From positions 1,632,001-1,696,000 of the forward strand of contig CH464491.1 of NCBI GenBank assembly GCA_000002445.1: 64,000 nucleotides of DNA. Direction: 5' to 3'. Below the pieces are notes generated by a model. It ran no database searches. It worked only from the letters and a program-made list of their open reading frames with translations, and was not told the DNA's origin. This document shows, piece by piece, positions 55,101 through 64,000 of this stretch. Source of the DNA: Trypanosoma brucei (taxonomy: Eukaryota). Positions within the stretch are counted from its first letter, which is position 1, and every line of letters begins with the position of its first letter. The position numbers and the translations under genes are program-made.

Positions 55101-57294
55101 CCACAGACGGAACCTCCTCTTCCTCCACAGATTTCTTTCTATCCTTTGACCTCTTTCCTTTCCTAGGCTTATCTAATTTGCTCCTTTCGGTGGCACTGGA
55201 GTGACCATGATCTTCAGCTCCATCGTCTTCGTCTTCCTCCTCTTCCTCTTCTTCCTCTTCCTCTTCCTGCTCCTCCTCATCACTGGATTCCTCCGCATCA
55301 CTGTCAGGAGGAGGCGGATGATAATACAGCTCTTCAGTTGAACAGTGAGCCCGTAAGTCTACATACTCAGAAAAGGTAGTGCCTCCACGAAAAGCATACA
55401 CACAGCTTTCAGTGCGACATGTCCGGTCTCCACGATAGAAAATCTCTAAGTTGTACTCCCCAATCTTCAAGCGTGAAGACCTCCAGCTTGCAGACCTATT
55501 AGCCCTTAGAAACTGCCGTATATCACTTTGCTTTGCAGAGGTCACGACACCCACAGCGATCACTTCCGAAACCAACTGCTTCGCCCGTTCCGCGTCAACT
55601 GAAAAAGATTTCTGCAAGGTATTGACAATGACCTCCCGGACGTCCGATTCCAAGCCTTCTGTCGACTCCACTTCTTCAAAGATGTTAAATCCGACATTGG
55701 TGGGGAGCGTTTCCATCGAACTCACCGAAGTTGTCTGCGTCTCAAAGGTAGTCTTGGAGGTAGTCCTCGTGTTGACGGGAATTTTATAGCTCCTGAGGCG
55801 GTTTTGGAAGGCTGCATGGGCCCCATGTGTGACAGCGCTAAACATATACCTGACAAACGAGGCAGCCTCCTCCTTGTTTCGAAGCATCGCGAGCTCTTCT
55901 CTCTTTGTAAGAGGGATGAATGGACTCAAAAGTTCAGGGGACATCATCGTCGAGGTGAATTCCACCTGCTTAAGGCAGGCGGCACGAAACGCCTTCCAGT
56001 CGATTGTACCCACTCTCTGTTTTCCAAACATTGCCTTGTAAACTTCACGATGAGCGGTGACGTCTTCCATGCTCTTTGGAATATCATCAAAAAGAGGGAT
56101 CATCTCCGCTGTGGAGGAATGCGACGTTTGTGGGGCGCTCAGCTTCTTCCTGGAAGTGCTAGGCCTCCTCCTATCCTTTTCGACTGGCTGGGCGGCAGTT
56201 GCCGTTGGACGAGGGTATTTGAGGGCGATGTAGGTAGGCACGTTTGCCTCCACTCGGGAACGCTTCCACTCAGAGTAAGAATTAAACTGGTCTTCAAGCC
56301 TCATGATGGCATCAATGAGTTCACCAAAGACGGCGCTCTCGGAGTCTTTTAATTTATACGTGACGGGTGGCTCCACACCACCATCGGCCGGGGCAGCAGT
56401 TGGTACAACGGCCGCGGGGACCGCTCCCCCAACGACCTCAGTAGGCACCTGAAACGAGTGTATGCATATGTTTTTCAAGCAAGGATCAGGTTGCTTGGTT
56501 TGCATAATGTAGTTCCTAAGCTCGGTAGCCAATGGAAGTTTCGCCTGATTCGCTGCATTATCTTTTCCGTGCTTGCTAAGTTGCCTTGTATCGCGCCTCG
56601 CTCTGCCTTTTGCCGAGTGAGATGGCTGAAGTGGAGCGTCGTCACCCACTGAACCACTCAGAGGAACCCGACTAGATATTGAAATAACCGCATGGAGACA
56701 AACTCCTGCAGCCTTCAGTGTCAATACTTCTTCAATGGAGTGGGGGCAAGTGCGAAGAAAAACGAACAGAGACTCATGATGGTTCCCCTCGTCGCTAGAC
56801 GCCCCGTCAGCAGCCTCTGCCTCCTCCATCTCCTGCTCAGCAGCGGCAATAGCCTCTTCCTTGCTGAGGCCATCCTCAATATAAAGTGCCGCAATTGCGT
56901 CCCTTTCAGCCTCCCGCGCCTTTAATTCGGCACGGCGCTTTACCTCCCTCTCCACAGCAAAGCGTACGTAGTCATCATAAAGAAGAGCATCCACTGACTT
57001 CACGTTTTCAGCATTCTGCTTTCTACGATCACCTGGTGTATTCCGTTGCTTCGAGGAGGAGGCGATGGTTGCTGCAGAGGCAGTAGCAGTGTCAAGAACG
57101 TAGAGACACTTGGCGAAAACAGGGTCTCGCATAATGGCTTCATTGAGTCTCGGGACGCAAACGTTTTTTGGAGTCTCCACGGATATGGCAAACACTAAGG
57201 GATTGAAACGCTTCAGTGCCTCTGCTTGTAGTTCTGGGTCAACGGGTGCAGAGGCCACGGGGGCCGAAGTGTTGGCCGTCGGCACTGAAGGCAT
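52171..57294 (-). CDS. Large hypothetical protein (1707 aa) with internal poly-Glu tract and C-terminal MSP/PapD-like beta-sandwich region
   Basis: ATG-start 5.1-kb frame. Acidic run SDEEEQEEEEEEEEEEEDEDDGAEDHGH is encoded by a GAA/GAG trinucleotide repeat. The C-terminal segment PTLSVTPTVLDFGLVEPGYRYVLPLILTNTSTYPCRHRITF...LTIRADVEL has the alternating-hydrophobic pattern of MSP/ASH/PapD-like Ig folds; this domain assignment is inference only. Confidence 0.65.
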   Translation of the reverse strand: MPSVPTANTSAPVASAPVDPELQAEALKRFNPLVFAISVETPKNVCVPRLNEAIMRDPVFAKCLYVLDTATASAATIASSSKQRNTPGDRRKQNAENVKSVDALLYDDYVRFAVEREVKRRAELKAREAERDAIAALYIEDGLSKEEAIAAAEQEMEEAEAADGASSDEGNHHESLFVFLRTCPHSIEEVLTLKAAGVCLHAVISISSRVPLSGSVGDDAPLQPSHSAKGRARRDTRQLSKHGKDNAANQAKLPLATELRNYIMQTKQPDPCLKNICIHSFQVPTEVVGGAVPAAVVPTAAPADGGVEPPVTYKLKDSESAVFGELIDAIMRLEDQFNSYSEWKRSRVEANVPTYIALKYPRPTATAAQPVEKDRRRPSTSRKKLSAPQTSHSSTAEMIPLFDDIPKSMEDVTAHREVYKAMFGKQRVGTIDWKAFRAACLKQVEFTSTMMSPELLSPFIPLTKREELAMLRNKEEAASFVRYMFSAVTHGAHAAFQNRLRSYKIPVNTRTTSKTTFETQTTSVSSMETLPTNVGFNIFEEVESTEGLESDVREVIVNTLQKSFSVDAERAKQLVSEVIAVGVVTSAKQSDIRQFLRANRSASWRSSRLKIGEYNLEIFYRGDRTCRTESCVYAFRGGTTFSEYVDLRAHCSTEELYYHPPPPDSDAEESSDEEEQEEEEEEEEEEEDEDDGAEDHGHSSATERSKLDKPRKGKRSKDRKKSVEEEEVPSVDVVDIAETALRRRCVYEDIMHRISGDKNESKVHQELLVSSQGACCVSQEVQWMFTEDGCAIEVRRTVANTRHVDCCVSDPGGLLFGFLTEDAQPLEEVPAVIPCGLRCYFIIVDVVQFFFEVVADNSDAVSQMKYDLAVKAAKDDAKAHRDMLESIKPPKNSKEKVFVPPLSTLEEEFISRVPVPVIRGRRPPAAMTTLLLKNGTAGTFSVGGKYLRFSVVQGVLHTTIANLVVDIWDTDKVRTVKVNYIEAIEVLADGCAVVYCPELVGYRLSLDVFGNYVTMDPGGTLVRVEVSGKRTVVMPSGEIVDLGMYKVASTVDVPTGKQVLVRQDGLQVTLWPNGRLDRLLHSAGFSCTRDGEKFVWRISGFPDICVTPSESKVGFTYDHVEAVMDIIGHTLRVLHHRSGSEALLDWKSHRLHVKPMPGGDNYTIDCAFGGLVGHSKDTEYCVSTLGRCGESREEVFKLPEIISETFLQFFNETLPESDMETPRWVAEQNIPCPLGEMLVRRKSPLARTTTSSYRSYAENEIDKLVPSGVGRTKDVLRAVVWRNSEHCINDNVLFFGNLWLSKLLTHRLKAYIDLAYLRPLACAALGDKTIKERVLFLQPPKEGSTARGAGTPFPRSISDFLLIPCLHCSFFQKEERERDVLHVAASQPDVPFRMSTVAELLCHERLALCEEKVWEETIRTLPPSEASTLAHCDDTGPLEQLRDHSVCEPESQRSSLCRGDIKTHKGRFNYWASSGIIVAAENGVPDARGINGCSAASSARSGEVAAYSEAAKQLEVHADDNHPTEGADSIRPNGVPFMHTRLIKEMPPQERISVPTLSVTPTVLDFGLVEPGYRYVLPLILTNTSTYPCRHRITFCPSFKKMIHVNYRHQFLAPGLTIRADVELLGTQPPGPMRASLCVAFETGSVDVEVRAETAEPREEQEEEEEDKLPQKPPEVPKLPVVLLGPSRINTFIPASTHRLPLHHTVE
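55225..55285 (-). repeat. (GAR)n trinucleotide repeat encoding a poly-Glu/Asp tract
   Basis: Plus strand reads ttcgtcttcctcctcttcctcttcttcctcttcctcttcctgctcctcctcatc; this is GAA/GAG codons on the coding minus strand. Confidence 0.85.
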
Positions 57295-57787
57295 AATCGA
57301 CAGCCAACCACGAGAAGCCAGGAAGACGTTTTCACGCTATTCCCTTTGGGCAAAGCCAAGAATGCGTGATATATGTATATGTATACGCTCGCGGAAAGTT
57401 TCCTTAGCAGAAAAACAAGTAAGGGATAAAGGGAAGGAGCACATGTACAGGTAAACCCAATCGCCTCACGCACGGACCCATGTTTACACGCACGTTAAGT
57501 TCACCATTGTCCTTCCCGTACTGGCACGCACGCATGCGTCAACAGATTCTCTTCCACAGGCAGTGTGTAAAAAAAAAAAAAGATGGCATCTTGTTCTACT
57601 CCCCCTCCTATCCTTAGCGGGAGGTAGAGTAGACGAAAATAAGAATTTCCAAAGTCAGAATACGAAGTGGGTGCGAAACCACGAAAGGGAAGAAGAAGAA
57701 AAAAGACAAAAAGGTGAAAAAGGTGAAAAAGGAAAACATGCCACGCCATACAGCGACACACTCACGTGCATTGTCTGTGAAACTGAC

Positions 57788-59182
57788 TTAGCCCATCAAA
57801 AAGGTGGGAAACTCCCACCGCAGCATCGAAGAAAGATTTTCCATCATTTCCTCATCATCTATAGGTGAGAATATTATAAACGCAGCACAACCAACCGCAA
57901 CTGCAGCCATCGACGCATCGACACGATTTGAGAGTACAAACATCATCACACCAAGTGCAAGGGGAACACCAACTAGTTGGTTCACATTTTTTTCGTCCGG
58001 AAGCAGCATCTGGATCACCATAAAGAGTACAGGCTGCCACTGCTTCATAATCTTCCTCGCACAAACTTGCATCTTCAGCGCCAGTTCCCGCTCAGCCTCC
58101 TTGAAGCTGTTGGTGGTGTAAGCAGTAAAAGCCGATTGCAACACGGCAGCCGGCAAGTCCGTTAAGAGCGTCGACACAACAAAGTAAAACCCCATGCCAT
58201 GCTTTGCAAACCGTGAACTCGCCCACATGCTTAGAAAGAATAGCAAGGAGCACAAGCAAACTAGCACACGAGGGGTTCCCTTGTACCTCCTCAAAACAAG
58301 AGGCGCCACAAATATCTGCATGAAGGTATCCACCATCATGTGAGCTCCCACCGCCAAGTAAGAAAAATTGAAGACACGGCGATCGACGGAAGGGTATAGC
58401 GATTGAACGATTGAGGCACAAAACCCCAACAGTGCAACGGGGAGGAGGTGTGCAATTTTACTGCCAGGCTGTAGCAACAGCCATTCCCTCAAGGTACTCT
58501 GCCGCTGCGCAGTTGGCACTGTTTTGGGGGTACGTGCGAAAATAAAGGCCACAACACCAACAGCAACAGCGGTGATGAACTCGACTAAAGCCATCACACC
58601 ACTAATTGCCGCAATGTTAGGCCACCAATCCCCCAGGACGCCACCGAGTATCACAGCAACTCCAAGGAAATACGGGGCAAAGTGCTTCACGTCACAACAG
58701 CGCGAGAACTCCGGGTACTGGTGGCCAACAACCGCACTCACCGTGGCGCTGTGTCTGAATAATCCAGCCACCGTGCGTGAAACAAGGTACATGGGTACCG
58801 ACTTGTAGTGAAGAGCAGCTGTTGAAAGAAAAGCGCTTACTGATGTGGCAAACAGCGCTAAGCTATACAATACGATCCCTCCGAAGCGGATGGCGAAGCG
58901 CTCAGCCACAAACGTACTAAAAATCTGCGGAACGAGGTATAACAATTGAGCTATGATTGTTTCGAATACGGTTATAGAAAGAGTCTGGGTAAACATAACA
59001 ATCAGGGGAGATAACGCAGCCATGGCCACTATGTCTGCACATCCTGCAGCACACAAAAGAAGAGCTATGCTACGAGTCTCCCATGGCACTACCTGATTAT
59101 CTTCAGAACTGTTTTTTCTTCGTATTGTGGGCTTTCGTACCCTTTTCAGTGATGTCGTTCGCTTTCTTAACCCCCCTTCCAT
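57788..59182 (-). CDS. Polytopic membrane protein, transporter-like (possibly MFS-type)
   Basis: Track start 59209 is TTG; first ATG is at 59182. At least 10 hydrophobic helices; basic N-terminal cytosolic segment (RKRTTSLKRVRKPTIRRK). Confidence 0.5.
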   Translation of the reverse strand: MEGGLRKRTTSLKRVRKPTIRRKNSSEDNQVVPWETRSIALLLCAAGCADIVAMAALSPLIVMFTQTLSITVFETIIAQLLYLVPQIFSTFVAERFAIRFGGIVLYSLALFATSVSAFLSTAALHYKSVPMYLVSRTVAGLFRHSATVSAVVGHQYPEFSRCCDVKHFAPYFLGVAVILGGVLGDWWPNIAAISGVMALVEFITAVAVGVVAFIFARTPKTVPTAQRQSTLREWLLLQPGSKIAHLLPVALLGFCASIVQSLYPSVDRRVFNFSYLAVGAHMMVDTFMQIFVAPLVLRRYKGTPRVLVCLCSLLFFLSMWASSRFAKHGMGFYFVVSTLLTDLPAAVLQSAFTAYTTNSFKEAERELALKMQVCARKIMKQWQPVLFMVIQMLLPDEKNVNQLVGVPLALGVMMFVLSNRVDASMAAVAVGCAAFIIFSPIDDEEMMENLSSMLRWEFPTFLMG

Positions 59183-59621
59183 TGCGACTAACGATGTCCT
59201 CTTCCCCAAAAGTGTGTCAACTAATAGTTAATCCACTCCCAAACAACCCTTTACCCTCCCCCTAACCTGGTTAAACCTTCAACGAGGCGCCAACCGCCCT
59301 AAATGTAGCGGCAGCATTCGTTTGAGCAAAAAAAAAAACACAAAGTAAAAAAGAAAAAGATCTTAAACGGAAAGTCACAGGCGGGACATGTAAGGAACAA
59401 GAACTTCAGAAGGCGGTATATCACGACCAAAACGTTAAATGAGTCGCACCATGGTGAAGGCGCTTTGTTTCGGCACCCCTATTGTTCTGGAATCACTACC
59501 ACTGCCCACCGACGGCTATTTACATTTGAATCAAGCTTGGAAGGAGGAATGTCATAGTCTACACAAAGCCAAGCGTGCACGAGACGCTGTGGGTAAAAGA
59601 AAAAAATCCCCGGAAACAGAG

Positions 59622-60929
59622 TTAACACTTTCGTTCCAGCTGGCTAAGGGCCTCGCAGATCGAAGATGTTAGTGGCTGGTAGTCATCAGCCACGGAAGAA
59701 AGGGACTGTAGCCGCTCTTTAGCACCCAGGAGTCGCTTCCTCCCCACCGGGTGCTCGGCTACATTAATAATTCCCTTTACGACATTAACAAGCACATCCC
59801 GCTCCTCCTCCTCCATCAGTAAAGCCAGTAAAAGAGGAGGAAGCCCTTCATCCACAGCCTGATACTTTCCAGGTTCGTATATTGTCAGCTGCGCCACAGC
59901 GCCGGTGACGGCAGTGCGGACACGCAAATTCTGGTGAAGCATGTGCGGCATCAAAGCTACAAGTGTGCGGCAGTCCACCGCAGCCTTTTTGCCCATGCGA
60001 TAACTTGCAGCGTGCGTCACGACGTCGGCCGCCTCTGAAATAACAAATGGGTCATCCCGATGGAGAGCCACAGTTAACTCGGACATACCGCCCAGCCGAA
60101 TGAACGGTATGAAAGCCTCCTTTACAGAGAAAATTGTCACAAGAGCAGTGCACGCGGTTGCTACCACTCGATCTTCCGGGTGCCTCAGTAGTGCGATGCC
60201 ACGTTCTATGAAGTTGTACTTGACAAGGCGGGCAATCGCCTCATAGGAGTTAAAGGCCATACGACACGGTAAAATAAGTCGCAACGACAAGATCACGACC
60301 TCGTGAGAGGGATCGCTCAATGTGGCAAGCAACTCGCGGAGTGTGAACTTTTCATCGTCCATAGCGAGAAGCATGTCCACAGCCAAGGGCTCCATCAGAA
60401 GCATTGCAAGGGCCTCAGCCGCTTTGCACCGCATCGTTTCCTCCTCATCATTGTGAAGAGTGGATAACAACAGCTCTAGAAATCCGTATCGGAGGCTACG
60501 AACCGCATTCTCTCGCTGCTGCGTGTACAACTCAATCAGGTGATCAATGGCCTGAACCCGCTTGTTAAACTCTTCGCTTAGCATCCACGTTCGTGTCTTT
60601 TCGTACTCTAGGAGACCATACGCTCGGGTGAATATGTCAGGATCAAGAGGCCGCGGGTGGGGCTTCATTTCGTGCATCATAATACTTTGCTGATTACGCT
60701 CAATGCGGGATTCAGCGGAGGTGTCACTGTCATCGTCCAGCGGAACCCCCTGAAGTTTACGAATGACAGACCACATCAAAGCAGCAAGTCCGACAGCACT
60801 AAGAGACGGTTTCCTGCAAAGATACAGCTGATTCTCTATATATACAGTTACTGTGTTGTTGTTCCCACAGTTGTTTTTGTCGCAGTAAACGAAAGATAAG
60901 CAGGAAACAGAAAAGTGTGTTAAGTACAT
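59622..60929 (-). CDS. Hypothetical protein with armadillo/HEAT-like helical repeats
   Basis: Track start 61055 is TTG; first ATG is at 60929, but later Mets (for example MWSVIRK) are equally plausible starts. Repetitive about 40-aa helical units with conserved Leu/Ala/Val (LLSTLHNDEEETMRCKAAEALAMLL..., LLATLSDPSHEVVILSLRLIL..., LLRHPEDRVVATACTALVTIF...). Confidence 0.4.
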   Translation of the reverse strand: MYLTHFSVSCLSFVYCDKNNCGNNNTVTVYIENQLYLCRKPSLSAVGLAALMWSVIRKLQGVPLDDDSDTSAESRIERNQQSIMMHEMKPHPRPLDPDIFTRAYGLLEYEKTRTWMLSEEFNKRVQAIDHLIELYTQQRENAVRSLRYGFLELLLSTLHNDEEETMRCKAAEALAMLLMEPLAVDMLLAMDDEKFTLRELLATLSDPSHEVVILSLRLILPCRMAFNSYEAIARLVKYNFIERGIALLRHPEDRVVATACTALVTIFSVKEAFIPFIRLGGMSELTVALHRDDPFVISEAADVVTHAASYRMGKKAAVDCRTLVALMPHMLHQNLRVRTAVTGAVAQLTIYEPGKYQAVDEGLPPLLLALLMEEEERDVLVNVVKGIINVAEHPVGRKRLLGAKERLQSLSSVADDYQPLTSSICEALSQLERKC

Positions 60930-61329
60930 GAAGAAGTGGAAGGGGGCAGCGGTCGGCGGCCGCACACGTGTCAGTGCCGGAACGGTTAGGATCCCTACTC
61001 CGCATTGCTCACTAACACTGTCAACAATTTCCTCCAATTCGTAAAGATGTTCCAAAACTAACCCACTATTCGACGAACGGGCAGGGGGAAATTATGAACA
61101 TCCTCCTGTGCGAATGAAAATAGATAATTGTTGTACTTAACGCGCGGAGTTTCATTCTTAATGGCCTTTCGGTTAACTCTCCACTCCTGTTGGGATGAAT
61201 AGCAGTCCATTCACTCGCAACGCACGCGCCGCCTTCTCAACCCAAACAACAAGAATACCAAGCGGAATACATCGCCTATCCACACGAAAAACCAGCCGCT
61301 CCCGCAACACCGTTAATGTTATCCGATTA

Positions 61330-61899
61330 TCATTGTACACCTCCAGCAGACCGCTGACGCCGCAGCCGCTCGAGCGTCTCAGCACGTTCCTCTTCCATAA
61401 GCTTCCGCTCCATCGACATTGTTTCCTCGTACGTCAAGAAGAAGCCAGGTGGTACGTCGTTGATAATACGCTGCAGTTCACTGTCGCAAAGAGATCCGCC
61501 AAACGTTCTACGCACAATCTCTTCTACGGGTACCCTAAAATGTCTGTGCCGTTCACCAATGGCGCGGGCCTCCTCCTCGTAAGTTACTTCCGCTGTTGTT
61601 GTGTCACCCACTGTTTTTTCGTCTTGACATCCCTCTACTGCTGCAGGACGGCTTTGGGCCTCGTCTTCGTCACGCACCTCGCCGTCACCGTCCTTTTGTG
61701 CTGTCAAGGCAGAAGCGGCACCATTGGTCTTACGGCGCTCCACCTCCGCTAAATATTTCGAGTAGCGTTCGCGGATACCGTTTCCACCATCCGGTAGGCG
61801 GCTCAAAAGTGCCGGCTGCTTCATCAACCGCTCACACCGCTCGATGTGCACTTGGAGTGCCTGGGCTGTTAACTTTGTCACATCCACATCTTTATCCAT
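61330..61899 (-). CDS. Hypothetical protein (about 189 aa)
   Basis: Track start 61974 is TTG; first ATG is at 61899. Charged helical protein; no recognisable domain. Confidence 0.35.
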   Translation of the reverse strand: MDKDVDVTKLTAQALQVHIERCERLMKQPALLSRLPDGGNGIRERYSKYLAEVERRKTNGAASALTAQKDGDGEVRDEDEAQSRPAAVEGCQDEKTVGDTTTAEVTYEEEARAIGERHRHFRVPVEEIVRRTFGGSLCDSELQRIINDVPPGFFLTYEETMSMERKLMEEERAETLERLRRQRSAGGVQ

Positions 61900-62322
61900 G
61901 GAGCGAACTAACCTACCAATGTTTTGTGGGAAAAGTTTTGTTGAGTAGTCGGAAACATGACCCAAAACTAACAAGGACTGAGGTAATGAATGGTGGAAGA
62001 CACGTTAATGTTCAGTGCCCTTGTTATTTAAGGTGTAAGTCAGCAACAAAATAAATAAAGGTTCAAGAAACAAGATGGGTGATGAAAAGGCAAGGATTAA
62101 GAACTTCATTATTACGCGCATCCAATACATTATCCTTAATCGAAGATCGTTTCCACGTCACAAAATACATTGACTCAAATGACATGGACTGGACGCCTGA
62201 CTGAATCAAATGGTCGATGACAGCGGAACCACGTAAAAAAAAAAAGAAGGAAGGATGTCGAAGAGAAAAATCTCAGTTACCTACCACTAGCCTTATTGTT
62301 GAGTTTTAGTTTTCTCCGGCTA

Positions 62323-63327
62323 TTACCCATCTGGGTGACACGGTCGAAAAGGAAAAAGTTGACGCGTGTTGTTATATATGCGGTGCGCGAGGCTCTCAAT
62401 ATTCTCCACGCTCTCGCGATGGAGTTCATAAAGAATCTCCAAGACGCGTATCAAATGGCATGGCTCGCACCGAGATTTCACCACAGACCCGTCGACAAAC
62501 TTTTCCTTGCGGCATATCGGAAACTGAGCAAGCAACGAGTCGGCCACACTTTCGCCCCTTTCCGCCGCGCGTTGCAGTAGCCGATGCGAGGCGTGCGTAT
62601 TTCTTATTTCGCACCAGGGTCCATCGGTTTCAATCATGAGCCTGTCAAGTGGAACGGCACCAGCAACGGCGAGGTTTTCCTCCGTCTTGAGACTACATCC
62701 GTTAATACCAATGTATAAGTCGAGTGAAAGTAACTTGTTAAGCTCCCCTTGCGTGCCCGTAAAACTGTGTACGACCCCTCCGGGGAAGCGCTGGCGGTGT
62801 CGTTGCAAAACTGTGAATAAGTCGTCGCCCGTATTGCGGTCGTGAATAAAGAGTGGTAGTTGGAATTCTTCTGCAAGTTCTAACTGTTTAACGAAGTAGG
62901 TCATCTGGACATCCTTCTCGCAGAAGGAAACCCGGTCGTAGTCTAATCCCAACTCCCCAACCGCAGCTACACATCCACCTTCCTTTCGCACGGTGTTCTC
63001 AAATATGAGGGAGCGAAGGACGTTGAAATAATTCTCTGGTTCGTTAGCAAACTCATTGCAGCGTGTTGGGTGACACCCAACGGTGCAGAAACATTGCAGC
63101 CCATCACTGTTATATTTTCTGCACAATTCAATGGCGCTTTTGCTTTCTTCTACCGTGCCAGCAGTAATAAGAAGACATTTTACACCCACCGCGACCGCAC
63201 GAGCGAGCACGGACTCAACGTCACCGGGGTGCTTCACGTGGCCGTGATACACGCCAGAAAACATACCATCCACAAGGTTGATGCCGATATCAATCATCGG
63301 TAAATATTTGGCTGTAACTGACGACAT
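62323..63327 (-). CDS. tatD: TatD-family metal-dependent deoxyribonuclease
   Basis: ATG start. Order of conserved TatD elements: IDIGINL (strand 1), CFCTVGCHPTRC (His-containing strand), AAVGELGLDYDR (GEIGLD motif), PLFIHDRNT, GGVVHSFTG (HxF.G), LMIETDGPW (ETD-P). Confidence 0.8.
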   Translation of the reverse strand: MSSVTAKYLPMIDIGINLVDGMFSGVYHGHVKHPGDVESVLARAVAVGVKCLLITAGTVEESKSAIELCRKYNSDGLQCFCTVGCHPTRCNEFANEPENYFNVLRSLIFENTVRKEGGCVAAVGELGLDYDRVSFCEKDVQMTYFVKQLELAEEFQLPLFIHDRNTGDDLFTVLQRHRQRFPGGVVHSFTGTQGELNKLLSLDLYIGINGCSLKTEENLAVAGAVPLDRLMIETDGPWCEIRNTHASHRLLQRAAERGESVADSLLAQFPICRKEKFVDGSVVKSRCEPCHLIRVLEILYELHRESVENIESLAHRIYNNTRQLFPFRPCHPDG

Positions 63328-63689
63328 TAATCAGAGCGTGAAATACCCGCAATCCAAATGGGGGATAGGGGTGACTTGAAACGTATATCTACAACACTTC
63401 GCGATCGCCCAGTGAGAAGTATAAAGTGAGGGTTAGCGGCGTGAGATAAGCGATATAACAAGTAGTTGTCCGGAATCAACCATGCATCGCAGTACTGTCC
63501 CGTTCCTTCGGAGCCGAGACAAAAAAAAAATAGAACAAGACAGTAACTAAACATATCTTGTTTGTAAAAACAAGAAAGAGCAAGAAAAAGGCATCAAACT
63601 ACCCCTTCCTAGAATTCAACCAACAAAACCACAGTGGATCGGCACGAGAGTTCGCACATAACTCCTCGTTCTCTCACCCGCGCCGCATT

Positions 63690-63932
63690 TCACTCACAAC
63701 CGGTGTCGGTTTCTCTCCTCACCGGCACTCCACGCGCACCCCTCCTTTCACTCAACGACGAGGGGCAGTCTTGGCGAAGCAAACGGTGCTCCCTCCGTAG
63801 ATAATCTAAACGGTTTTGGGAAACACTCATGTGGTGCTCACCTGCCGATCTGTCCCCTACATTTTCCTCTATAATCTTTTCTAGTGACTGGAGTACAGCA
63901 TCAGACATGACGTGATAGTCGTTTCTCTCCAT
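63690..63932 (-). CDS. Small ORF (80 aa), uncertain
   Basis: ATG-start ORF bounded by an upstream in-frame stop at 63960-63962; charged helical sequence; no motif. Could be a small protein or noise. Confidence 0.2.
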   Translation of the reverse strand: MERNDYHVMSDAVLQSLEKIIEENVGDRSAGEHHMSVSQNRLDYLRREHRLLRQDCPSSLSERRGARGVPVRRETDTGCE

Positions 63933-64000
63933 CCACGATAGAAATTGCCAGACAGCAGCAGAGTTGGTTAATTGTGATTGCGGTGTAGGCTCCCCCGCGG

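Noticed and set aside
1-64000. Prokaryotic interpretation (operons, defence islands, CRISPR, mobile elements)
   Set aside because: There are no Shine-Dalgarno-spaced gene starts and no direct-repeat/spacer arrays. There are long unidirectional gene blocks with polypyrimidine tracts and eukaryotic signalling domains (PI-PLC X/Y, SH3, PHD, receptor adenylate cyclase). The sequence is kinetoplastid nuclear DNA.

Overview
The window reads as trypanosomatid nuclear DNA, most likely an African trypanosome (Trypanosoma brucei clade). The evidence is about 50% GC, long gene-dense unidirectional blocks without introns, polypyrimidine tracts followed by AG ahead of ORFs, and a clear GRESAG4-type receptor adenylate cyclase and a PI-PLC. 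It is not prokaryotic, so I did not annotate operons, promoters, terminators or defence islands.

Layout:
- A plus-strand polycistronic unit carries at least 8 genes between 758 and 25704.
- A convergent strand-switch region of about 4 kb (25705-29759) is the transcription termination zone and contains a GC-rich 147-bp x2 tandem repeat.
- A minus-strand polycistronic unit runs from 29760 to the end of the window.

Recognisable products:
- RRM-like protein
- degenerate protein kinase (pseudokinase)
- PHD-finger + GNAT acetyltransferase fusion
- DnaJ-domain protein
- GRESAG4 receptor adenylate cyclase
- two identical small membrane-protein genes in a 929-bp tandem duplication
- PI-PLC with a dual-acylation N-terminus
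- SH3 + coiled-coil protein
- divergent TruD/Pus7-like pseudouridine synthase
- CAAX-tailed Ras-family GTPase
- nodulin-like MFS protein
- 1707-aa protein with a poly-Glu tract
- TatD nuclease
- several lineage-specific hypothetical proteins

The supplied ORF track uses TTG/GTG as starts. Trypanosomes initiate at ATG, so I moved several CDS starts to the first in-frame ATG. I found no tRNA, rRNA, SL-RNA, retroposon or CRISPR-like element. Calls rest on motif recognition by eye; no database search was possible.
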